Of a DNA stretch of 64,000 bases, positions 24,260 through 36,069 are shown piece after piece (position 1 is the first letter of the stretch; every line of letters begins with the position of its first letter). The position numbers were made by a program, and so were the translations under genes. The DNA is from Pristiophorus japonicus (Eukaryota), in the NCBI RefSeq assembly GCF_044704955.1, contig NC_091994.1, positions 110,484,001 to 110,548,000 on the forward strand, read 5' to 3'. The notes under the pieces were generated by a model. That model searched no databases and was not told where the DNA came from. It was given only the letters and a program-made list of their open reading frames with translations.

Positions 24260-26890
24260 GACTGTCAATTGAAACTATATTAAATTTGAAAGTAATTTAG
24301 TCAAATCCAAACCTAGGATTTTAAATCTAAACAAAGCAAACTACGTAGGTATGAGGGCGAGTTGGCTAAGGTAGATTGGGAAACTACATTAAAGGGTATG
24401 ATGGTAGACGAGCAATGGCTAGCATTTAAAGAACTAATACATCATTTACAACAAAGACACAGGAAAAATTGTCCAATTGTGGCTAACAAGAAAAGTTAAA
24501 GATAATATTAGATCAAAGGAAGAGGCTTATAATGTTGCCAAAAAGAGCAGTAAGCCTGAGGATTGGGAGGATTTTAGAATTCAGCAAAGGAGGATAAAGG
24601 GAAAATAGAATACGAGAGTAAATTAATGAAAGACATAAAAATAGACTGTAAAAGCTTCTATAGGTATATAAAAAGGAAACGATTAGTGAAAGTAAACGTA
24701 CAGGCTGAGACAGGGCAAATTATAATGGGGAATAAGAAAATGGCAGAGAAATTAAACACATACTTTGTGTCCGTCTTCACGGAAGATGATGCAAAAAACC
24801 TCCCAGAAATAGTGGAGAACCAAAGGGTCTAGCGAGAATGAGGAACTGAAAGAAATTATTAGTAAAAAAATACTGGAGAATTTAATGGAACTGAAAGCTG
24901 ATAAATCCCCTTAACCTGATGGCCTACATCCTAGGGTTTTGAAAGAGGTGCCTTCTTCCTCTTAGGCAGCCCCTCGGAGTCGAGGATGACTTGCTTCCAC
25001 ACTAAAAATGAGTTCTCAGGTGACTGATGAGATTTTAAACAGTGGAAGATGCCGAAGTGTGAATTTTTCTTTTTTAACGTGGGCTGGCCGTTGCACACCA
25101 GCTACCACACGGGCTTGATAGAGCAAGGTTTTTGTCCTGTGGCAAGGGGATCCAAGACGACTGGAGACCAGGCTGCGCTGCGTGGGTCTAGTGCATACAC
25201 ACAAACATACTCCTACTGTCCTTCCCACAAGTCCTCTCTACCTGGGCTTTATAGCATGCAGTGTAGACCTCACAACCTCGCTATTGGCCCATGCTGCACT
25301 TTCCCTGGGCCTCGACCCCACAGCTGGTCCACGCTACTCCACTCCTGGGCTGACCTCTCCGCTCCTCTGGGCCTCGCTGATCCCGACTTCCGCTCCTCGC
25401 CGAACCCGACCTCTTAAGAAGTGGCTATAGAGATAGTGGATGTATTGGTCGTTACCTTCCAAAATTCCATAGATTCTAGAAAGGTTCCCACCGGGTAGCA
25501 AATGTAACCCTGTTATTTAAGAAAATAGAGAGCGAGAAAACGGGGAACTAAAGACCAGTTAGTCTGACATCAGTAACAGGGAAAATGCTAGAGTCTATTA
25601 TTAAAGACATGGTAACAGGGCACTTTGAAAATAATAATAGGATTGGGGAGAGTCAACAGAGATTTATGAAAGTGAAATCATGTTTGACAGATCTGGGTTG
25701 TAACTAGCAGAATAGATAAGGGGGAACCAGTGGATGTGGTGTACTTGGATTTTCAGAAGGCATTCAGTAAGGTGCCACACGAGAGGTTATTAAACCGAAT
25801 TAGTGCTCATGGGATTGGGGGTAATATACTAGCATGGATTGAGGATTGGTTAACGGACAGAAAACAGAGAGTAGGAATAAACAGATCATTTTTGGGATGG
25901 CAAGTTGTAACTAGTGAGGTGCCGCAAGGATCTGTGCTTGGGCCCCAGCTATTCACAATCTCTATCAATGATTTGGATGAGGGGACCAAATGTAATGTAT
26001 CCAAGTTTTCTGCTGCTACAAAGCAAGGTGGGAATGGAAGTTGAGGAGAATGCAAAGTGACTTCATGGAGCTATAGACAGGCTAAGTGAGTGGGCAAGAA
26101 CATGGCATATGCAATATAATATGGAAAAATGTGAGCTTCTCCAATTTGAATAGCAGAGTATTTTTTAAACAGTGAGAGATTGGGAAATGTTGGTGTTCAG
26201 AGGGACCTGGGTGTCCTTGTACACCAATCACTGAAAGTTAACCTGCAAGAACAGAAAGCAATTAAGAAAGCAAATGGTATGTTGGCCTTTATTACAAGAG
26301 GATTTGAGTATAAGAGTAAAGACTGCAATTATATAGGGCCCTGGTGAGACCACACCTGAAGTATTGTGTACAATTTTGGCCTCCTTACCTAAAGAAGGAT
26401 ATATTTACCATTGAGGGAGTGCAACGAAGGTTCACCAGACTGATTCCTGGGATGGGGGGGGGATTGTCCTAAGAGAGATTGAGTAGACTAGGCTTATATT
26501 CTCTAGAGTTTAGAAGAATGAAGGGTGATCTCATTGAAACATACACAATTCTTACAGGGCTTGACAGGGTAGATGCAAGGAGGATGTTTCCTCTGGCTGG
26601 AGAGTCGAGAGCCAGGGGTCACAGTCTCAGGATAAGGACTGAGAGGAGGAGAAATTTCTTCACTCGGAGGGTGGTGAATCTTTGGAATTCTCTACCCCAG
26701 AGGGCTGTGGAGGTTCAGTCTTTGAGTATATTCAAGACAGAGATTGATAGATTTTTGAATATTAAGGGAATCAAGGGATATGGGGACAGTGCAGGAAAGT
26801 GGAGTTGAGTTAGAAGATCAGCCATGATTTTATTGAATGGTGGAGCAGGCTCGAGGGGCCGAATGGTCTACCCCTGCTCCTATTTCTCAT
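24260..26890 (+). mobile_element. CR1 LINE, ~2.6 kb disrupted ORF2 including RT
   Basis: [25 protein letters not shown] motifs; multiple stops and frameshifts; interrupted at 24951-25415. Confidence 0.9.
24951..25415 (-). mobile_element. RTE-tailed SINE-like element
   Basis: RTE-type 3' end CTCGGAGTCGAGGATGACTTGCTTCCAC; body similar to 16069-16390. Confidence 0.65.
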
Positions 26891-27037
26891 GAAGTCAGTA
26901 ACCTGCCATTTCCAGTCTCTATTATCCGAGTGATATTTGGGAAGTATAAATCCAATTTCTGTGGACCCAGCACAGACAAAATAAAATAGGTAAAATTCAA
27001 ACTACTGGAAATATGCTAGCGAGTGAATTTATTGCAC

Positions 27038-27180
27038 CTGTAGCTCCATGTTCGATAGGCTGAGCTCGGGGCTGGATTTCTGCCGGAGGGTGTTAATTAC
27101 ACGTTGACTCAACTGGAAAGTTTGACTGGTCGTCGCATCGGGACCATCCACTTGATCAGTTTCTCTCGCATCTTCTGAAT
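27038..27180 (-). CDS. DFFA: DFFA exon 5 (DSEDARETDQVDG...SPELSLSNMELQ)
   Basis: Acceptor ttttcctag, phase 1 to 0; matches mammalian ..LREKQAPELSLSSQDLE; contains a DxxD caspase site. Confidence 0.92.
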
Positions 27181-27412
27181 CTAGGAAAAATGTAGTATCT
27201 ATATTTTTATAACTGTCACGAGAACACAATGCTTTGAGTCCATAAAGAGGCAACCTTTAGAGAATCGTGTTTCTTCCTGTAGGTCTGCAGCACTTGTACC
27301 AATAGTGCAAACGACAATTCAGCAAAGCCAGGACTGCTCTGCAGTTCGAATGTGTCAGATTTAAAATGTACTAGCTACTGTTTTCCTTATGCCAGTGTCA
27401 GTTTGGGTTAAG

Positions 27413-27783
27413 GCACTCCAGTGCAGTGCTGAGGGAGCGCTGCATTGTCGGAGGTGTCGTCTTTCGGATGTGACGTTAAACCGAGGGACCGTCTGCTTGC
27501 TCAGGTGGACATAAAAGATCCTACGGCACTATTTCGAAGATGAGCAGGGGAGTTATCCCCAGTGTCTTGAGCCAATATTTATCCCTCAATCAACATAACA
27601 AAAACAGATTATTTGGTCATAATCACATTGCTATTTGTGGGAGTTTTCTGTGTGCAAATTGGCTGCCGCGTTTCCTACATTACAACAGTGACTACTTTAA
27701 AAAAAAATACTGGCTGTAAAGCGCCTTGAGATGTCCGGTGGTCATGAAAGGCGCTATATAAATCCAAGTCTTTCTTTCTTTTC
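27413..27783 (+). mobile_element. Deu-domain SINE
   Basis: Deu core and (TCTT)n tail. Confidence 0.85.
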
Positions 27784-28538
27784 ATGCATACTTAGTTTCT
27801 TCTTCACAATACCTGCAGCTCAGAGGGAGGATGGATCTGATTCCAGGCTTTGAATAATGCCAATCTCAAATTAGCTGCTACTCAAGCATGGCAGAGATGC
27901 GACAATTCCTTTCTTGAAAGTACTTAGCCTTTGCTCAGGGCTTTCTCAGTTGCACAGATGAGATTCAGAACTCCGAGGTACAGAAGACACTCAAGTACAA
28001 ACCTGCATCCTACAACTCTCAAGGGTTGGTACCTCATGGCACAACACAGGTTAGCACTAAACTGAATAACCTGCAGCCAGATTTAGGCCAAAGACCTGCC
28101 CTAGCTCAGATAGCTAACTCATCATCGAGCAAGGGTTTTCCTGGGACAGGACTACACCAAATGGCAAATTGCTGCAAAGTTGAAATACATTAAATATTTA
28201 AAATTGAAGACACCTCGGACAAGTTAAAATGAATTTAACAATTCAAAATAAAATTCCTACATACAACAGATTAGAAAAAAACATTCTGCAGCACTGTCTT
28301 ATGACTTAATTATCTGCAAGAAAGCTAAATCATTCCTAATTTGTATAATAAAATTTAAAAGACCAATATCGAGATGTGAAGGTTTTTCCAAATACAAGGA
28401 CCTCAATTAAGAATACAGATATTCAAGATAAAATAGTAACTCGAGCACCTGATGGCTTCACTTTTCTGCAAAAATATGTGGAGTCAGAGCAAATTTAGAA
28501 ATTAAAATGTTACACATTCACCACAATATCCGACTAAC

Positions 28539-28704
28539 CATGTTTTCCACAAGCATTCTGGTACAGTTGTAATAGTTCCTTTGCTTGCCGATGCTCCTCT
28601 CTGCTGTCAAGGGTATGTTGAAGTGAGTCCTGTATTGCTTCAGTTCTTTTTACATTGTCTTCCAGTTCCTTTGCCAGCTCAGCAGCTGGCACATCGATTA
28701 GTTC
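28539..28704 (-). CDS. DFFA: DFFA exon 4 (ELIDVPAAELAKEL...RQAKELLQLYQNACGKH)
   Basis: Acceptor tttgatag, donor G|gttagt, phase 0 to 1; matches mammalian MLVDAPCSDLAQEL...RQSKQLLQLY. Confidence 0.92.
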
Positions 28705-29282
28705 CTATCAAACGAAGGTACACTGAAAGCTACATAGAATTTCTCATTGACCTACTTACAATTTAAGATTACAGGCAAAAGTCATTAGATTGCAAGCAAA
28801 TGTTCCACTGAGCATTTGCCGACGGTGCGCCCCATTTTTCCCCACCCAATTCCAATGTAGTCATCATTAACTGGAAATGTTGAGGGTCATGAAATTCTGG
28901 CTGCCCTCCAGAGAAGGACTGAGGATATCAGTACAAAATAAGAAAGCAGAGTTAGGTTAGATGCCAGGCATTGCTTCTTTTCACAGAGAGACAGCCACTG
29001 GAACGGGTGCTGAATATGGATTTGCTGGAGGCCTTCTGAAAGGAGCCGGATGAGGTGCTGCAAGTAGAAGACCTCGAGTTACAGGATAAGGGTGCCAGTG
29101 ACTAATGTTATCAGTTACTGAAGTCCCCTGGAGATTGCTTGATGGCCTTCAGTGATTGGAAAGTAATTTCCTAAACTTTCTTAAATAGTATTCATTTACT
29201 CTCTCCTCGTTTTCTGCATCTCTCAGGAGATTGTGCAACTGCAGGTGGGTTCATGGTGGATAAAGATAACACCATGACACCT

Positions 29283-29842
29283 TGGGCTAGAAATTGTGTA
29301 TTTGCGCCTTCTGTTGGGCCCGCCTGGGCACGACACTGGCAACGACTCCTGCCATATTCGGCGGGACTTTAGCGGCACCTGCATCATCGCCGTGCACATC
29401 GCCCCGGCCCTAAATTCAGCTTTCACCCCCCCCCCCAAAAAGCAGCGCGGAGCACCAACAGCGACAGCTTCAGGGGAAGCGTATTGGGTAGCCGGACGCT
29501 ACTGGAGCAAAAAATTAACGGGGAGGTGGCCGAGTGTTGGAAAAAACCTCGCCTTTTCGTTGCCGCTCCTGATGCTGTTTCTTCGCGGGGTCGTGGCCTT
29601 TAATTGAGGGGAGGGCCCCTCGGATACGGCAACGTTGCACGGCCCAGAGCGTAGCAGTGCTGAGGTGTCCGCCCTGTTACCGGCCCAGGAAGGAACTGGA
29701 GCGCGTGATTTATGCTCCACTTCCTTTTGGGGACAGTAACCCGAATCTATCGAGCGGGATGGGACATCGGCACCTGCCGCAAAGTTTAGCACCTCACGGA
29801 TGTTACCATCCCCAAACAGAGCGATGATGAATTTCACCTCCC
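29283..29842. mobile_element. Harbinger-like non-autonomous element, degraded
   Basis: Left end TGGGCTAGAAATT resembles the 13960 TIR; imperfect right end AATTTCACCTCCC; CpG-rich. Confidence 0.5.
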
Positions 29843-31027
29843 TTGTATGGATGGCACAGTAGGATTCTTTTCCCCGTCTTTTCTTGTGTGTGGATGTATA
29901 GTGGACTGCAGAAGAATCCATTTCATTTCCCCGCAGCCTCCCCCCCACCCCCCCCGCCCCCCCAACCCCACAGCATGCTGGTTACGATCGTGGCTAGCTC
30001 TTTTTAAAATTTTATAATTACTAATAAATGCATTTTTAATAGCTGAACAACTTGTCAGGTTTCCGATTTACTCTAAGCACATATCAACCTAGTCCGATAC
30101 ACAAACAACCTGGCCAAAACCCACAAACGTGCAGCTTTAACAGCCACTCAGTCCTTTTCCCCATAGTTTACACATGAACACCCACCCTGCATGTTAACCA
30201 TACATTTCCAGCCAGCAAGGATATATTTGTATTTCAGACATCTACAACAGACAAAATAAGTGGTTTAGGATTGAGGTAAGTGGGGACAAACTATATATAT
30301 ATTTAAAATAAATGGATAGGGGCCCCAATGGTTTCCTGGTCCTAAAATAGATTGTTTTCCTTTGTTCCTGGATGCCTAAATGTCTTTGTTGTCACTGGCT
30401 CAGATAGTGAGGGAGGACAGTTTCCCAGACTTGGGAAACTGAAGTAGGTTACAGTTTAGAATGGCCATGGGGATATTTCCTGCCTGTTAATTTGCTTTCA
30501 CTAGGGGGATGCAGATTTATATGGCTACTTTGTTTTGGCTGGGTCAAATGAGTTTCGGCATTCAGTCAAATGGAAAATATTATCCCTTTTACATAATAAA
30601 AACACTAAAATTACCGGGAAAGGAATTCACAAGTTACACCTTGTGGGCTTAGCCTCATGTTACACAGCTACACTTAATGTAGAATTCATTGCATCACATT
30701 TTTGGCATGTTGGAGACAACCTATGGTAGTCTGAAATCAGGACTGGTAGGTTTCTGGATACTGCTCTAGAGTCTAGTTTATTTTAATTAGAATGGAGCCA
30801 TTTCCAAAATATTTTCAGCGCAAAATATCAAGTCTGTCTGATTAGCATCCACCTCTGTATTTAGATCTCTAAAAGCGGCTTCAAAAATTGGGCTTTGGAC
30901 ATCTTTCAGCCAATAAGACCTTAACCAACAAGGAGCATGGCATACACAAAAGATGACAGACATTAGGTTTGATAGAACTTTGCATCCTACTGTAAATCTA
31001 CCCAGCTGCTTGTCCACTTTCTCTTAC

Positions 31028-31191
31028 CTGGAGGTCAGACTCTGACATTGTAATAATTAGGGCAAGGTTTTGTCTAAGCTGTCCGGCAAGAATTTTCCAA
31101 TTACAGGAAGACTCAGGATAATCCACACAGTCGACGTATTCACCGCAGTCAACACCAGAATCCATTTTTGCACGTGAGCTGAACTTGATTT
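31028..31191 (-). CDS. DFFA: DFFA exon 3 (EIKFSS...DCVD...WKILAGQLRQNLALIITMSESDLQ)
   Basis: Acceptor cccacag, donor CAG|gtaaga, phase 1 to 0; matches mammalian KWKNVARQLKEDLSSIILLSEEDLQ. Confidence 0.92.
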
Positions 31192-31298
31192 CTGTGGGTA
31201 AAGGAGAGCTTTTGGTGAAATGCAGTTTGACAAACTAGATGTTAATGTCCAGAATGAGAGGCAGTACTAACACTCTTATGTTGGTATGCTTGTAATGG

Positions 31299-31910
31299 AC
31301 AACAACAACTTTTAATTATATAGCGCTGTTAACGTAGTAAAATCTCTAAAAGACGCTTCACAGGAGCGATATAAAACAACATTTGACACTGAGCCACATA
31401 GGGCAGACTTGGTCATAGAGGCAGGTTTTAAGGAGCATCTTAAAGGAGGAAAGAGTGATAAAGAAGCGGAGAGGTTTAGGGAGGGTGCTCTAGAGCTAGG
31501 GGCCTTGGCAGCCGAAGACATGGCCACCAATGGTGGAGCAATTAAAATCGGGGTGCTCAAGAGACCAGAATTGGAGGAGTGCAGATATCTGGGGGGGTGG
31601 GGGCGGGTGCGATTGTGGGACTGGAGGAGATTACAGAGATAGGGTGGGGCAAGACCATGAAAGGAGTGATTCGAAAACAATTTTAAACTTGAGATTTTGC
31701 TTAACTGGGAGCCAATGTAGGTCAGCAAGCACAGGGGTGATGGGTGAACGGGTGCGAGTTAGAACAAGGGCAGCATAGTTTTGGATGACCAAATGTTTAC
31801 GGAGGGTAGAAGGTGGGAGGCCAGCCAGGAGTGCGTTGGCATAGTCAAGTCTAGAGGAAACAAAAGCATAGATGAGGGTTTCAGCAGCAGGCGAGCTGAG
31901 GCAGGGGCAA
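31299..31910 (-). mobile_element. L2 LINE 3' end
   Basis: Reverse complement of the L2 3' region with (CAA)n tail. Confidence 0.8.
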
Positions 31911-32395
31911 CAAAATTCTTGTTTTGCTGTAGAAAAGGGTGACGTTGCAATAAATGACTCCGTACTGCCATGTTGGTGACCTCAGCTGTGCCACTGAGGA
32001 GGGGCCATGCAAAAGGAGAAATTTGTAGTATGAACAAGGAACTGTGGAACAGGGAGGTTGAGGGTGAGCTGCCGTTTTCATAAGGCTAATTAATAGCAGA
32101 AATCATCCAGCAACATCTGGGGATTCACAATTTACTGGATATCTCTTTCTTGACACGATTTACACATTAATAATGGTGCACGCATTAAACTCGCTGTTAT
32201 TTTGGCAGAAAGTTCTGGACCTTAAATCTTTCAAATTTCAAATCCATGCACTGAATAATTCAAAGAACCATTTCTCTGAATGCTTTGGAAATGAAAAGAC
32301 GGAACCATTTAATTGCAGGCCCTTTCAGAATTCTTTGCGATGGTGTTTTCCATAATTTATATTAGCATTCAATTCCTCTCTAAAGATAAACTTAC

Positions 32396-32563
32396 CCACA
32401 TTACCGGGAGTCCATTTATCACTGGATCCAAGGATCATGAATTTTGTGTTTTCTGGCAGGTGCATAAAGTAGTCTTCATCATCAACAATTGTTCCATCAT
32501 CTTCAAGCACAACTGTGTAAGTTTGCTTCACACCAGGTTTATCCAGACTTAGTTTTTCCTTTC
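32396..32563 (-). CDS. DFFA: DFFA exon 2 (CIDE-N domain: VVLEDDGTIVDDEDYFMHLPENTKFMIL..KW)
   Basis: CIDE-N signature; acceptor tgtgtag, donor G|gtaagt, phase 1 to 1. Confidence 0.95.
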
Positions 32564-32784
32564 CTACACATAAAAAACCCATAAACATAAATTACCAGAA
32601 TATCGCAGCTAAGGTTTCAGGACGTTTACTAACTAAAAATACATTCAAGATGTTGCAGAGTCTAAAGTTCCCAGATATGAACATGATTTTTACAATCTGT
32701 AGCCAATAACTGCGTCATGACAACTTATCCTAGAGTTGAAAAGAACCAAACTTTAAAATGTTGTCTTCAATATACTTAACATTT

Positions 32785-33058
32785 CACAGTCTAAAAATTA
32801 GAGCCAGACCTTTCAGGAGTGAAATTAGGAAACAATTCCACACACAAGGGGTGGCAGAAGTTTGGAACTCTCTTCCACAAATGGCAACTGATGCTCGATC
32901 AATTATTAATTTTAAATTTGAAATTGATAGATTTTTGTTAACCAAAGGTATTAAGGGATATGGGGCAAAGGCGGGTATATGGAGTTAGGTCGCAGATCAG
33001 CCATGAGCTCACTGAATGGCGGAACAGACTCGAGAGGCTGAATGCCCTCATGTTCCTG
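32785..33058 (+). mobile_element. CR1 LINE 3' end
   Basis: HSLKIRARPFRSE..VWNSLP peptide and 3' UTR. Confidence 0.8.
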
Positions 33059-33907
33059 CATTTTCAGCTATTCTGCATAAACCTACAGTACTGATCATTA
33101 CTATTTTACAAATAAAGCATTAATGGCATTACATAACTGAAGTCAGGCAGTCTGAAGTGTCAATGCCACATACTGCAAGAGAAAAGGATCTGCATCAGTT
33201 ATTCTTTACAAACAAGTTCTAGTCTTATCTAGATGAGGAGATGTTCCCCAAATGAGGAATAATAAAGGGCAATTGCCATAGGAAGCTCTTACATACCTCT
33301 CGGGGCCTACATTGCTCATGTCATTCACATTTACAATTATTTTTCAAGTTGAAAGGATTGTACACCACAGATAAGAAATGTTGCAACTAATTCTTTGTGA
33401 TACACAACTTAGCTGTCTGTCAGGTCGAGAGAGGGGCTCTACTCTACAGTCAGGGCACACAATCCCACTCCCTGTTTTCTGTACGCTTAAATGACTCTCA
33501 TGGAGGACAGGCAACTACACAAATCAAGATGCAAGCGCATACTGCCATTCTAAACCTGATGCCAAAAATAGTGCAGGCTTTTCATCCGATTTTACATCCT
33601 TTTTTGCAGAGTATCTGGTCTTCACTTGGTACTTTCCATCCAGCTGAAATCAGGAAGCTTAGAAACTAGCCTGGAACCTGCATCCTTCCCCTCCACACTG
33701 CTATGCATTTGCGCTCTTCTCGTCAAGAGATTCTTTTGAAAACGGGATACAGCAAATCTTGTTACAATAACAATCTGGCCTTGGATTTACCCCAGTACCT
33801 GCATAAATCGAGTACTAAATTGGTAGTATAACTCCACTAGACTGTACTCTTATTGGGGACTCTCGTTGCGTGTGGAGGCTGCTGGGAAGTACATTCCCAT
33901 AGTTTCA

Positions 33908-34098
33908 ACTATTTTGGTGAAATGATGAATTAAGTGCCCCCTTCTTAAAGGGGCACTAAAACCGACACGTTAAACTTTTGACATTAAAAGGATCAAATTA
34001 AAATTTGGTTGCTGGGGGTGATGATGCTCTCCAGTCCCTCCGGCGCCCACCTCTCACGGAAGGCCGCGAGCGTACCGGTGGACACCGCGTGCTCCATC
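33908..34098 (-). mobile_element. Tx1/L1-clade LINE, 191-bp 3' fragment
   Basis: Encodes EHAVSTGTLAAFRERWAPEGLESIITPSNQILI*; 14-bp TSD TTCCCATAGTTTCA at 33894-33907 and 34099-34112. Confidence 0.75.
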
Positions 34099-34261
34099 TT
34101 CCCATAGTTTCAGGTCCTGTCGGGCAGCTGCAGAAGACACAAAGTGAATGAGCTTGCTTGCATAAGTTTGACTCCCAGTAGAGCCAGCAGACTTATACTA
34201 ACAATAATGCTGAAATGTAGCTGGGTGAGGCAGGCTACATGGTTCAAGTTTAGGATGAGAC

Positions 34262-34938
34262 TCACCATGGCAATATTTCAAAGAGCGAGGGAGTTATCCC
34301 TGGTGTCCTGGCCAATATTTAAACCTCAATCAACATCACTAAAACAGATTATCTGGTCATTATTACATTGCTTGTGTGCGGGAGCTTGCTTGTGCGCAAA
34401 ATTGGCTGCGCGTTTCCCACATGACAATACAACTACACTTCAAAAAGTACTTCATTGGCTGTAAAGCACTTTGAGACATCCGGTGTTTGTGAAAGGTGCT
34501 ATAAAAGACTTGGATTTATATAGCGCCTTTCATGACCAGCAGACGTCTCAATGCGCTTTACAGCCGATGAAGTACTTTTGGAGTGTAGTCACTGTTGTAA
34601 TGTTGGAAATTTGCGCACAGCAAGCTCCCACAAATAGCAATGTGGTAATGACCTGATGATGTTGTGTTACATTGATTGAGGGATAAATATTGGCCAGGAC
34701 ACCGGGGATAACTCCTCTGTTTTCTTCGAAACAGTGCCGTGGGATTTTTTTACATCCACCTGAGGGAGCAGACGGGGCCTCGGTTTAACATCTCAGCTGA
34801 AAGACGGCACCTCCGACAGGGCAGCACTCCCTCAGCACTGCACTGGAGTGTCAGCCTAGATTTATGTGCTCAAGTCCCTGGAGTGGGACTTGAACCCACG
34901 ACCTTTGGGCTCAGAGGCGAGAGAGAGTGCTGCCCACT
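34262..34938. mobile_element. Two Deu-domain SINEs joined tail-to-tail
   Basis: Plus copy to ~34503, minus copy from ~34504. Confidence 0.8.
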
Positions 34939-35007
34939 GTAAGAAATGTAAGTCTGTCTGTCTTTCTTTCGTACAGGCCTGCTTTTCCCGACTCGGGTTT
35001 TATTCAC

Positions 35008-35107
35008 CTTTGTTTGTCAGCTCGGCCAGGGACTTTGCCACGACGCCAAAAGTCCGGTGGCGGTCGAGGCCGCAAATCTTGAAGGGGAATTGGCGCCTGG
35101 AGTCCAT
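35008..35107 (-). CDS. DFFA: DFFA exon 1 (MDSRRQFPFKICGLDRHRTFGVVAKSLAELTNK)
   Basis: CIDE-N start (PF..C...R....GV.A.SL.EL..K); phase-1 donor G|gtgaat; the six exons total 909 nt = 302 aa plus stop. Confidence 0.9.
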
Positions 35108-35605
35108 ACTGTAGTGCGCGGGAACCTGCGTTACTGGGAGCCAGAAAATCCACCCAGGCCTGCGGGCCGACTGAAGGCCTCCCTTGGCAACCCCGCCCAC
35201 CTATGGAGACGCGCATGCGCACTGCCACCGCCCACAACATCGTCCTCTAAACCAGCGCCCAAAATTAATTGCGGTCCCCCGCACCCGTCTGTCACTTAAA
35301 AAAACGTAAATAATTTTAATCGGAATTAAAAATAAAGCCGCAGTCTTGGCATCGATTCACCCCCTTCAAAACAAACTACAACTCCCAGAATGCTCAGTCG
35401 AACATACTTCTGTTCTTTTTGTGAATTAAAATTCTAAATTTAGATCGGATTACGTTTTTAAACTTATTGGAAATTAAATTGAAACGGTGCAATTGTTTTT
35501 TTTTATTTTAAATAAAATGTTTTATATTTATGATCGTCGATCGATTTGCGGCGCTTGCGAGCTGGCGAGCGGCGAGTCGGCGCTCGATTGGTAGAGCCGG
35601 GCAAG
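35108..35605. promoter_or_regulatory. DFFA/PEX14 bidirectional CpG-island promoter
   Basis: GC box CCCCGCCC 35191-35198, NRF1 GCGCATGCGC 35211-35220, ZNF143/SBS ACTACAACTCCCAGAATGC 35375-35393, reverse CCAAT 35587-35591, YY1 CAAGATGGCG 35602-35611; CpG-rich ~34980-35940. Confidence 0.85.
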
Positions 35606-35638
35606 ATGGCGTCGTCTGAGCAGGCGGAGCCGCACCAG
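35606..35638 (+). CDS. PEX14: Peroxisomal membrane protein PEX14, exon 1 (MASSEQAEPHQ)
   Basis: Matches the mammalian N-terminus MASSEQAEQPSQ; strong Kozak; donor CAG|gtaagc; head-to-head with DFFA as in mammals. Confidence 0.9.
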
Positions 35639-36069
35639 GTAAGCGCCGCTTGTTTGTGCATCGTGCGGGGAGCTGGCAGCGCCCCGGCTCCGGGCTCCCC
35701 GCTTCTCCACACACACACACACACACAGTAGCCGGCTGGAGGCGCCGTGCCGTCCCGTTCCCGGCGGCCCGGCCCGGGCGTTGTGTGTGTGTGTGGGGCC
35801 TGTGGCGGTAGCGGAGGGCGGCGCTGACCTGCTGCCGGTGGCCAAAGCTGGGCGGGCCTGCAGCCCTCGGGGTGGGCCGGCGGGGAAAGCCCAGTTCTAT
35901 GTGTGTGTGTGTCCTCAGTTCTTCCACCCCGTCGGCTGGGAGTGGGAATGAAATGTCAAGGTGCCCACTTTTATTTCAAGGGTACACTGACCAAATGGCC
36001 AAACACAAACTCTTATCCATCACCCTCCCCTTAACTGGGAGCATCTGAGACTCAAGCTGGTGGCTTCAC

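Noticed and set aside
29499-29948. 149-aa GC-rich ORF
   Set aside because: Lies within a non-autonomous transposon remnant in a DFFA intron; no domain recognised
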